A DNA stretch of 64,000 nt from Isurus oxyrinchus (Eukaryota): NCBI GenBank assembly GCA_026770705.1, contig JANJGN010000146.1, forward strand, positions 186,001 to 250,000, written 5' to 3'. The stretch's first letter is position 1, and each line of letters opens with the position of its first letter. Positions 52,837 through 64,000 of the stretch are shown here, piece after piece. Made by a program: the position numbers and the translations under genes. The notes beneath the pieces were generated by a model. The model worked only from the letters and a program-made list of their open reading frames with translations. It was not told where the DNA came from and made no database searches.

Positions 52837-53136
52837 TGACACCGTCTCCCCCCACCCTCTACGCTCTGCTCTCCTCCTGTGAACAAGCAAACACTGCCGG
52901 CTCCATCACCTACGGCTGTTTGGCTGCGGACTACTCCCCCGAAATCACCAGCGTTTCCTGGAAGAAAGATCAAGAGACGATCACAGCTGGATTGAAGACT
53001 TACCCATCAGTACTGAACAAGAAGGGAACCCACACCCTGAGCAGCCAGTTAACCATCACCGAATCAGAGGTGGGAAGCAGCACAATCTACTGCGAGGTTC
53101 GAAGGAGCAACTCGGTCTGGCAGAAGGAAATGCCAG
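52837..53136 (+). CDS. IGHM: IgM constant exon CH1
   Basis: tcgcAG acceptor; [17 protein letters not shown]...[19 protein letters not shown]...[10 protein letters not shown]...YCEVRR...KEMP; 300 nt; donor GTTCGT. Confidence 0.95.
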
Positions 53137-53269
53137 GTTCGTGTTGTGGGATGCACAGGGCGGCAGTGGCGGGGCTGGGTGAAGGGTGAACGTGGTCAGC
53201 AAATGAGTTATGTTCAAATTCTGCATCACATGGGTTAGAATGGATTGAGAATATTGTGTATAGTTCAGG

Positions 53270-53490
53270 TGCCCATATCACACTTAGTGCATTGTGGATA
53301 CCTGTATTCTCCACATCACACTTAGTGTGATATGTACAGCTGTGATTTCCGCATCACAGTTATTGTACTGTAGACAGTTTTTTCTTCCACATCAAAATGT
53401 AGTGTACTGTGTATAATTAGGACCTCCACATCATAATAGGTGTATTGTGTGCAGTTATTCCCTCCAAATCATATCGAATATACCATATGT
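53270..53490 (+). repeat. ~38-bp degenerate tandem repeat, about 6 copies, CH1-CH2 intron
   Basis: CC(A/G)(C/T/A)ATCA anchors at about 53273, 53311, 53349, 53387, 53426 and 53464. Confidence 0.7.
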
Positions 53491-53499
53491 AGTTCTGGT

Positions 53500-53970
53500 T
53501 TCCATGTAAGGAAAATGCTACAGGGGCGTTGCAATCGGAGCTAAACTATTTACAAGGACATTACCAGAGCTGATAGATTACTTCTGTCATGTAACTGCGA
53601 ACAGGTTGGTGGTCAATTCTCTACAAAATAAAAAATTGTGGTGTGACCAAATAAAGGTCCTCAGACTTCTGAAATAATTTGATACATTAGACAAGAATTA
53701 GAGCTCATGTTTACAACAGAATGTTAAAAAGAAACGATTGGCTATTCTGAATCTTTACACAAAGAGTGAGCAGAATGTGGGAATTCCTGTAGGTGAGATG
53801 TTACCGAAACTCTGTTCAGGGGAATCTTAATAGATACATGAGGGAGATTGTAAGGGAGGTATTTTGTTTTCTGCTGAGAGGTGAAATAGGGCGAGAGGAT
53901 GTTCCTGTGGATCCTAAACTCCAGCATTGTACTATGGGGCCGGTTGGCCTGGTTCTGTCCTGTGGATTTT
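53500..53970 (+). mobile_element. Degenerate CR1 3' end in the CH1-CH2 intron
   Basis: GTTCTGGTTTCCATG..AGGAA, TTTACAAGGACATTACCAG and AGAGTG..AGAATGTGGGAATTC. Confidence 0.55.
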
Positions 53971-54046
53971 ATGTAATTAGTTTTACAGTTTTTAATTGTT
54001 TGGTTTGAAGCAATTTTAATTCCAAATAATATATATTTTCTTGCAG

Positions 54047-54358
54047 TTATTGTGGTGCATCATCCGACTGTTCTGCTTACCGTGAGCCCCAGTGAAGAAA
54101 TCACAAGCAGCAGATTTGCAACCATCGTCTGTTCAATCGTTGATTTCCGTCCAAATTCAATCAAGGTGAAATGGCTGAAGAATGGACAGGCCATGGCCTC
54201 GGGCTTCGTCACCTCTCCCGGCTTTGAAGTGAACAGGAACTTCTCGGCGACCAGTCGGTTGACAGTCCCCGCTGGGGACTGGTTCAGTCACACGCTCTAT
54301 ACCTGCCAGGTCACTCATAAAAGGGTCACCCAAAGCCGAAACATCACCAAACCTGAGG
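54047..54358 (+). CDS. IGHM: IgM constant exon CH2
   Basis: ttgcAG acceptor; [29 protein letters not shown]...WLKNG...[10 protein letters not shown]...YTCQVTH...SRNITKPE; 312 nt; GTAAGA donor. Confidence 0.95.
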
Positions 54359-54509
54359 GTAAGAGACACAACCCGAGAAAGCTCCAGGCCATTCTTGGTG
54401 CCAATCTCTGTCCAAACCAAGAAATATTTTGGAATGATTAAACGTCAGAGATTGTGTCCCATTTGCCAACTTGCCCATTTGTGTTTCCTTCCAAAGGAAA
54501 CAAGAACAC

Positions 54510-54745
54510 ACTAAAGAAATCCTTTCATTTATAAAGCGCCCTCCCCAGCATCAGATTCTCCCAAACCACTTAGCAGCCAATGAATGACGGTGGAAATGTG
54601 CTCATTGTGGTAAAGTAGAATATTCAGCAGCGATTTGCTGCACAACAGTCACCAAGACCCTGGGACATGATGCTGACAGGATTTATTTATTTATTTTTTG
54701 ATTTCATTCTGTTTGTTCAGGTACACATGTTGTCCAGGAAATAGA
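54510..54745 (-). mobile_element. Deu-domain SINE remnant
   Basis: CATTTATAAAGCGCC...CCAAACCACTTAGCAGCCAATGAA, same family tail as 44860. Confidence 0.5.
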
Positions 54746-54849
54746 CACACTTCAGCTCAGCATTTCGAACGTTTTCTTTTCATTTTTATTTCAAATTTCC
54801 AGCAATATTTGGCTTCTAGAACTAAAGAATATTATTGGATTTGCTGTTG

Positions 54850-56895
54850 GGGAGAGTTAAACTAACTCAGGAGGAGCGTGGGAACAACGAGAGAATTTCA
54901 GCATGTAATAGCATGGATTCTGGGAGAGGCAGCTAACTCTAAAAGAGGGAATAGTCAGTTAATAGGCGGAGTCAGGATAAGGGAGCAAACAATGAATTCT
55001 AAATTAGCGTTGCACTGCATGTATGTGCATGCATGGAAAATAGTTAATAAAATTTGGGAGTTACAGGCACAGATTGCCTTTTGGGATTATTATGATAGGG
55101 TGATAACGGAGACCTAATTTAAGGAAGGACAGAATTGGGTGATAATTAGTTCTAGTTACAAGATGTTCATAAAAGACAGGAAAGGACACAAACTGGAGGC
55201 GGGGTCGTGGTGGCGTTTTTGTTTAAGGAGAGTATTTCAGTACTGGCGAAAAATAATGTGTCAGGCGATTCAAGGACAGAACCAATTTGGCTGGAGCAAA
55301 GGAATAAGAATGGTGCAATTACATTGCTGGGTGTAATGTATAGACCGCAATAGCTAGTGGGAAGATGGAGAGGAGCAAGTAAATAACAGAGAGTTGTAAA
55401 TATCATCGAGTAGTCATAACGGAGGGGGAAGGGTACATTACCCGAATACATACTGGGATAGTAGTACTGTAAGGGGCAGTGAGGGAGCAGCATTCCTAGA
55501 TCATATTCTGGAGAATTTCCGACAGCAGTGTGTGTCCAGTGCAAGGAGAAAGGAGGCACTGCTAGACCTGGTTCTTGGGAATGAGGTGGGCCAAGTAAAG
55601 AAACTGATAGGAGGGGAGCATTTAGGGGACAGTGATCATTGTATCATCAGGTTTAGGATGACGGTGGAAAATGACATTGATCAATCCAGGGTAAGAGCAG
55701 CCAACTGGCAGAGAGCAGACTTCAATGGGGCAAGAATGGGGCTGGGCCTGATAGACTGGAACCAAAGGTTGGTGGGAAAAACAGTAGCTGAACATTGGGC
55801 TAACTTCAAAGAGAAGATGGTTTTGGCACAGTCTAAGTATGTTCCCTCAAAAGAGAAGGGCAGGAGAAACAAGTCCAGAGCTCCCTGGATGGCAAAGGAG
55901 ATAGAAATTAAGTTAAGGAAGAAAAAATGTCTTACAACAGGTGTCTGGTAGCAAATACATTTGAGAACCAAGCTTAATTCAGAAGTTTCAGAAAGGATGT
56001 GTAAAAGCAAATACGAGAATCAAAGAGGGATTATGAAAAAAATACTGACAGCTAACATAAAAGGAAATCCCAAGGTATTCTATAAGCATATCAATCGTAA
56101 AAAGGTTGTAAAAGGAGGAATAGACCGATTAGGGATCAAAAAGGGGATTTACACATAGCGGCAAGAGGCATGGCTGAGGTGTTAAATGAATACTTTGCAG
56201 CTGTCTTTACCTACGAGGTAGATGCTGCCCAGGTTATGGTGACAGAGGAGGAAACTCAGTCACTAGAAGGGTTTGAAATTGCTAAGGATAAGGTATTGCA
56301 TCAGCTGTCGGCTCTTAAAGTGGATAAGTCTCCGGGACAGGGTGATATTCGTCTAAGAGTATTGAAGGAAGTGAGAGTGGAATTGCAGAGGCACTGACAA
56401 TAATCTTTCAGCGTCCCCTGCATTTGGACGAGGTGTTAAAGGACTGGAGAATTGCAAATATTACGCCCCTGTTCAAAAAAGTTTGTAAAGGTCTTCCCTG
56501 CAATTACAGACGATTCAGTTTAACTTCAGTGGTGGGGAAACTTCTAGAAACAATTATTCCGGATGGAATTAATATCATGTGGGATAATGTAGATTGATTA
56601 GGAAGAGTCATCATGGATTTATTAAAGGAAAATCCTGTATAACTAACTTGCTGGAGTTTATTCAAGAGGTAACAGAGATGGTTAATGAGGGCAAGGCCGT
56701 TGATATGGTCTATTTGGATTTCCAAAAGGCTTTCGACACAATGCCACACAACAGACCTGTGAGGAAAGTTATAGATGATGGACTTAAAGGGACAATAGCT
56801 AACTGGATAAATATTTATATATATAAATGATGTAGATCTTGGTTTGCAGGGGGCAATTTAAAGGATTGTGGAGGATGCAAAACTTGGGAGAATTT
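54850..56895 (+). mobile_element. CR1 LINE ORF2 fragment in the CH2-CH3 intron
   Basis: ALLDLVLGNE..GEHLGDSDH, LNEYFAAVFT and HGFIKGKSCITNLLEF..VDMVYLDFQKAFD. Confidence 0.93.
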
Positions 56896-57962
56896 GGAGA
56901 AAGGTGACGTCACACTGACAAAGCAGGCATTCCTGGGCCTTAACAGTTGATGTTGAAGTTGGTGCCTCCCACAATACAATACTCACCCAGTACTACATTG
57001 CTGGTATCAACTACACTTGTGTTCAAACATCTGGAGTGGGGATTGAACCCATGTTCTTTCTGAATCAGAATCCCCCGGTGTCCAGGATTCCATTAGCTCA
57101 CAAAACACGGTGACATTTTGTTCAAAAGTTGGACAGTGAGTGGGGAGTCAATGCTTTTAGTTTTACCCGAAATTGATTGTGGGTAGAATCGGTGTCTGCA
57201 GGCCTTTACTGGTAATTGCCCAAAACTTCAATTCTGACAATGATGTGCACCTTATTTCTGCTGCTGTTTTCAGACTGAGCAGCGCTGACAGCAGTTTGCA
57301 TAGTCTCGGCTGCATTTCTTTGAGTACAATAGCCTAATGAGTGATCGAATTGCAGTGTTTCGGTTAATTAATAAAGTGGGGAGAAAATGCTTAGTCCTCC
57401 AAATTAGAGATAGGAAACTAGTGAGGAAGCCGATTTTGGCAACATTTTCCTCGCACTGTGAAATATTATCACTTTCATTTTCCCCAAGAATTTCTGAGGC
57501 TGAGAATCAATTGACATTTCAAAAAAAGAGATTAACTTTTTTTTTTGAAAATGTTATCGCACATGACAGAACGGGGAGGATAAATGGGGTTAAGGCACAC
57601 ATTATTCTTACAGAGAGACATAGAGAGCTGAATGGTCTCCTCCTGTGCTGTTAGCATCTATCATTCTCTGATTCCTTGATTTCGGGACGAGTGATATTCT
57701 GTCTGTAAGACCATTGTACCTGAATTTATTCACATTGTTGGACCGGCATTTGGTTTAGTCATTCCCACTGGTTCTGGCTGGAAATACACAGGGAATGTAA
57801 TGGAGTCTCCCGGAATTATTGCAAGTCATTGACCTTCAAACAATGAAGGCGTTAACAGGGCAGGGGGAGATCAGGTAAATATTCCTGTCGTGAGAGTGAA
57901 AGCTGAATACCGGATTTCTGATTCTGATGATGTTTTGGTTGACATTCATTTCTGCTTCACAG

Positions 57963-58268
57963 TTTCCGACTGCAACGACCCCGTAATTACTCTACAGCTG
58001 CCGCCAATAGCACAGGTCTTACTGGAGGCGACAGTGACCTTAACCTGTATCGTGAGTAACGCCCCTTATGGAGTCCTCGTGTCCTGGACACAAGAACAGA
58101 AGCCTTTGAAATCAGAGATTGCTGTCCAGCCGGGAGAGGATCCTAACAGCGTGGTCAGCCACCTGAACATCTCAACACAAGCCTGGCTGAGTGGGGCTGA
58201 GTTCTACTGCGTGGTGAGCCATCAGGATCTGCCGACTCCTTTAAGAAATTCCATCCACAAGGAAGAAC
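57963..58268 (+). CDS. IGHM: IgM constant exon CH3
   Basis: tcacAG acceptor; VSDCNDPVI...[20 protein letters not shown]...[29 protein letters not shown]; 306 nt; GTGAGT donor. Confidence 0.96.
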
Positions 58269-58764
58269 GTGAGTGGTGAGAATGAATCAATGTGAGAGAG
58301 TGTGCAAATTCCCAGTGTAAGTTTAAGAACCAATAATGAATGCACAATGTACTAATGAGCAAGTCTGATTGGTAATTTCACTAACTATAACCCCTTGGTC
58401 CGTAAATGATGCATTTAAGTAGTAAATTCATATTTAGGTGAATGAACAAGAAACTGTGCTGCAGGGTTTGATTATATAATGTGGGAGGAGCTTGGTGTGG
58501 AGTTCAGACACCAGTACAGAGCTGTTCGGCTGAATGGCCTGTTACTGTTACTGATGAAACTTTCCAGTCCAATCCCGCATATTCTCAGAGTGAATGATTG
58601 CATCCACATCTGCTCCGATCTAGAAAGCCGGTCAGACCCCAAAGTGGAAAATGGAGATCTTGAAAAGTCAAAACAAAACACATTTCTCTCACATCTAACC
58701 ACCGGTGTCATTGTCCCTGGAATTCTCCAGTTTTTTTTTGACATTTATTGTAAATTTTTTGCAG

Positions 58765-59156
58765 CTAAATATCCGCGGGAACCGTCCGTCTCTGTCCTCC
58801 TGCCCCCGGCTGAAGATGTCTCCGCTCAGAGATTCATCTCCCTCAGCTGCTTAGTGAGAGGTTTCTCCCCCCGAGAGATCTTCGTCAAGTGGACCGTCAA
58901 TGACAAGCCGGTGAATCCGGGGAACTACAAGAACACCGAGGTGATGGCGGAGAACGGCAATAACTCCTTCTTCATGTACAGCCTGTTATCCATTGCAGCG
59001 GAGGAGTGGGCCAGCGGCGCTTCTTACTCCTGTGTGGTGGGACATGAAGCCATTCCCTTGAAATTCATCAACAGAACGGTTGATAAATCCAGCGGTAAAC
59101 CGAGTTTTGTGAACATTTCCCTTGCACTGATGGACACCGTTAATTCATGTCAATGA
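58765..59156 (+). CDS. IGHM: IgM constant exon CH4 plus secretory tailpiece (59095-59156)
   Basis: [24 protein letters not shown]...[21 protein letters not shown]...KSS, internal donor G|GTAAAC at 59095 for the TM form, tail [20 protein letters not shown] with N-glycosylation sequon and penultimate Cys. Confidence 0.97.
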
Positions 59157-59192
59157 GAATCTATCACTTACTTTTCGAACTTTAGTAGAAAT

Positions 59193-59198
59193 AATAAA
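59193..59198 (+). terminator. Poly(A) signal of secretory IgM mRNA
   Basis: AATAAA about 37 nt after the stop; a second AATAAA at 59366. Confidence 0.7.
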
Positions 59199-60149
59199 GG
59201 ATATTCCTCCAATTGTGAATTAAATACACAGCCACTTACTTAATTATTTTTTCCAGTTTTGCTAATGTTAGGCCTGTTTAGTTGATGTCGGGAATTTACA
59301 GGTCTCAGACCCGAGTCTTGTGCAATCCGTGCCCCCAGCTCAGATACACCCTGGGTTAGAGACAGAATAAAGCTCGTTCATTACAGAATTCTGTAAAGTT
59401 ACTTCACCAACTTGCCCCTCGCTGAGGTGAATTCTGACCATTTCCCACTAGCACACACAGTAGCAGCATTTAGATCCCATTGTTCCTGCTGCACTTTTCG
59501 TCCATCCATTCAAACTTCTACCAGCCGGATGTTGCCACATCGCACCCACTGGGAACTGAAGTGAGGGTCACACGGGAAGGTGAAATCTATCTCGACTTAG
59601 CCAACATAGAAATGGGGGAGGGCATTAGTTAACGCAATGCACCTGCACATCCCCAACACAGATAACCGGAGTGGAAATTGTTTAGCCAACGAGAGTGGAG
59701 AGGGGAACATTAACTCACTAACCTCCCAATCCCAGTCACAGAGGGTTTAGAAGTGAACAGCTGTCTATGATATGAGTTCAGATACAAGGCGGCTTCTAGC
59801 TTCCTGCGCTCAGATTGTAATCTTCAATCATGGCAAACATATCATGGCAAATCATGGCAACGTGATGTTTTGAAATGATTTTCAATCTCTTGTTCTTGTA
59901 AATCACAAGTTGCCAATGATTTTTCATAATCCAAATCTGAACTGCTGTTTCCATCCTTCCTGTTTTTCCGGTACTGTTTCTAATGTTTCTGGGGAACCTC
60001 TGTTTAATTGTTGCATTCTATCGCTTGATGTCACATTGAACCCCAAAGAAAACACATTCATACACAGAATGGTGAATTGTGTTCTCCATCGATCATACCT
60101 TCACTGTCAGGCCACGTTATTGATGTTCAGTGATACAAGAAACAACAAC

Positions 60150-60379
60150 ATAATACACACACACACTGACATAAGCTCATAAACACACACACACACACGG
60201 ACTCACGTGCACACACAGAAACACACACAAGCACGCACACATACTCACACACACATTGACAGAAACAATGCAAGTGCACGAGTACATAACAATACACACA
60301 TAAACACACACATGCACACATACACACAGGCAAAGACAGACAGACACACACTCTGGCACAAGATCACACACACACACAG

Positions 60380-60412
<33 letters not shown>

Positions 60413-61554
60413 CATACACACGCACATATACACATACAGACAAAGACAGGCTCACACACACCCTGGCACAAGATTACCTACACACATGCACACTCACACA
60501 CACACAACAAAGGCACACACACAATCTGACACCAGATCTCTCTCTTTCTCTCTCTCACAGACAAATGCACACAGCGACACAGAGATACAAACACATGCAT
60601 ACACAACCAGTGATAGGAAAATGCACACACAATAGTACGTAAAACATACACACATACACACACCCAAACACCCACACATACACACACACAGACAAAGACA
60701 CTGTCACACACACCCTGGCAAAAGATCACAAACGGACTCACACACACACAACAAAGGCACACACCCAATCTGAAACCAGATCTCTCTCTCCGTCTCTCAC
60801 AGACAAACACACACAGAGACACATACATGCACTGAAACCAAATTGCATACAAACACATACACAAAGGCAGGCACACACACACAAACATGAACAAGCACAC
60901 ACATCCACATGAACACACACATACACACACACACGCACACACACACACTCCCGCGTGCACTGGATCATGCTCACATGCTCGAACAAATCAACATAGAAGA
61001 CATACACACATGCAGACAAAAACACGCAGACAGACACACACACACGCATACACACACACACACACATACATAAACAAGCAAACACATCCACACACAAACA
61101 CGCACACACAACATTGGATCATGCCCGAACACATAAACAAAGGCTGACATAAACACAGTGAGAGAAAAGCACACGGACAGGCACAGATGCACATATAAGC
61201 ACACACAACATACGTAAACAAGCACACACATCCCCACACACACACTAACATCCACACACACACACAGACGCACTTACAGACACACAAACACATGCATCTA
61301 TGAACACGCATACAGTTATGCACAGATATACACACATTCGGGCACACATGCAGGCAGACAGATGGACACACACTCACACATCCACTGGATCATACACATA
61401 TGCCCGAACAGATAAACACAGACTGGCATTGACACAGACAGACAAAATTACACAGACAGACACAGAGACACACACGCATGCATGCACATACACAGACACA
61501 CACACAAACATACAAACATACATAAACAAGCACACACATCGACGCACACAAACA

Positions 61555-61618
<64 letters not shown>

Positions 61619-62003
61619 AACGCACTCTGATAGACACACACAAACACAGGCATGCGCACACACACACACTCACACATGCATAAACGAGCATACATACAGG
61701 CATACACCGACATACACACATTCGTGCACACACGCAGGCAGATAGACGCACACACCCACCCACTGGATCATGCACACTTGCCCGATCACATAAACACAGA
61801 CTGACATTGACACAGACAGACAAAAGCACGCACCCAGACACAGAGGCATCACACACACACACAAAAGCATATGTAAACAAGCAGACACATCGACATACAC
61901 ACACACACATTCACGCACACACACATACACAAACACACGCACATTTAGATAGATACAAACCCACAGACATTGAAGCAGACATGCACACACACATGCACCT
62001 ACA

Positions 62004-62049
<46 letters not shown>

Positions 62050-62710
62050 TACATGAGATCGCATACAGGCAAAACAGAGGTACACACATTCGAGCACACA
62101 AGCAGACAGGCAGACAGAGACACACAGAAGCACACATACATCATAAAGAGAAACACACACTCACACACATCCAGACACAAGATCACACACACACATACGC
62201 AAACACACACAATCACACAGGCATATACACAAACCCACACACACATATTCACACAAACACACACACACACAAACACATGGACGCATACACACAAAAACAA
62301 ATTGAGTCACACGATCAAAACACACAAACATACATGTAAACGCACACCCACACACTGATAAAATACACACACAAACACACACACAGACAGAAGATCACAC
62401 ACACACACACACACATACACAAACATGCATAGGTACACAGAAACAAACACACAGGTTCATACATAGGCACGGGAAAAGAGGCACACGTACACAAACATGT
62501 GCAAGCATGCATACATACATAGACAGGCATACACGCACAAGCACACACACATACATACACAAGCACAAGCATACATATACACACAAATCAGCACACAGAC
62601 ACATATACACATAGCCACACACAGAAGCACACAAGAATGCACATGCAAACACAGACCCACACAATGATAAACATGCACAGGCATACACACACAACCAAAC
62701 CCACACTCAC

Positions 62711-62800
<90 letters not shown>

Positions 62801-63800
62801 GAGTACACATATACATAGAAAATATGCAGACATGCAACTCACAGGAACACACAACACATATGCACAGATGCAACCTCACACTCAGAAATATACAATCACT
62901 CTCGACAAACAGACACACAGGCAGACACATTCACGCACAAGCAAGCACCTAAAAATGCAGATATCCTCTCACACACATGCACACACAGTCACACACATGC
63001 AAACGATTGTGAGCAAACACACAAACACACATGCATGGATGAACACAACACACACAATTACAGATATACACAGCCCCATAAATAGGCTCAGACAGGTCCT
63101 GTAAGTTTGTACATGAACATGTTCATTACTGTGCTTCAACGAGCACAACAATATAGAATTAAGGACACACTATCATACACAATAGTGCACATGCACAGGC
63201 ATTTGTACACACACATTAAAAATCGACAAACGGGCACACAGACAAATAGATGAGCAGACAGTAACATTTTCACAAACATAGTGCAAGAAACAACTATGAA
63301 TACATCCACGCACTCACATTAAAACAAACATATATAAACACACGCTTTAGTAAACGTGGACAAGTAAACATACATTAAGACAAAGCTAGAAACATCCAAG
63401 AACACATAACGGCACGCCTCAACATACTCACACGCTCATGGGGGCACAATCATTAACATATCAAACATAGAACATAAAAAGGCACAATATCAGATATATT
63501 AACAGACATGGACGTAAATAAACTTCCTAACACAGACATTAATAAGTGAACATAAACATCAACGCATACAGCCACATTAACAGACTGATACACATTCATT
63601 TACAAATGAACAAACATACACACAAAGGCGGGCCACACATAAATAAGCATATCAACACTCATGCCACATGAACACACACATCAACGCTCATACAACAGGG
63701 CACACAAACAGAGTTAAAGGCAGAGCAAGAGATACTTGTGCACATATACGCAAATATTTAAAAAACACAAAGGCAAATGCCAGGCTAAAGACGAAAGTAT
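60150..63800. repeat. CA-rich low-complexity region with pure (CA)n runs and internal duplications
   Basis: Directly visible; source of the HT/CV-repeat ORFs. Confidence 0.95.
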
Positions 63801-64000
63801 ATTTTAAATCTATTTTTTTAAAGGACACATCTTCCAAAAATTGCTGGGAGCACATAAAGACCCAGGAGACAGGCTGAAGCAATGTTCTTAATCATAAACT
63901 GATTTAAGTTAATTATGTGCCAAACATTACCACCACAAATAAACAAACAAGATCAAAATTCACAAAAGATAGCTAACAGAGTTCAGAGTCTTGGAATTAA

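Noticed and set aside
58479-58764. N-terminal extension of the 225-aa ORF before CH4
   Set aside because: Intronic read-through including a LINE tail; the real exon starts at the acceptor at 58765.
60127-63151. HT- and CV-repeat ORFs
   Set aside because: Translations of CA/TG low-complexity sequence.

Overview
Vertebrate, cartilaginous-fish (shark) genomic DNA. The C-mu exons closely resemble horn shark (Heterodontus) IgM as I recall it, so the species is inferred. The only intact gene is a germline, unjoined, plus-strand IgH cluster at about 45.4-59.2 kb: leader, VH, D1, D2, JH, CH1-CH4 and a secretory tail, with a complete 12/23-compatible RSS set (V-23, 12-D1-22, 12-D2-12, 23-J). No TM exon is visible before the window ends. 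D1, D2, JH and CH are IgM-type, but the leader and V FR2/FR3 look IgW-type (or TAILV-like), suggesting a chimeric or divergent cluster. The upstream 45 kb holds degraded CR1/L2/RTE LINEs, SINEs and a 27/54-bp tandem repeat family. That family forms a layered ~12-kb array (16.7-28.7 kb) in which several units read as CACAGTG-24nt-RYATAAAC, an RSS-like pattern. It also forms dispersed inverted blocks around a duplicated non-coding core, capped by paralogous CTCF-motif end modules in convergent orientation (foldback-like architecture). The last ~3.7 kb is CA-rich low-complexity sequence. Most ORFs in the supplied track are spurious or TE-derived. Family assignments come from remembered sequences, not database searches.
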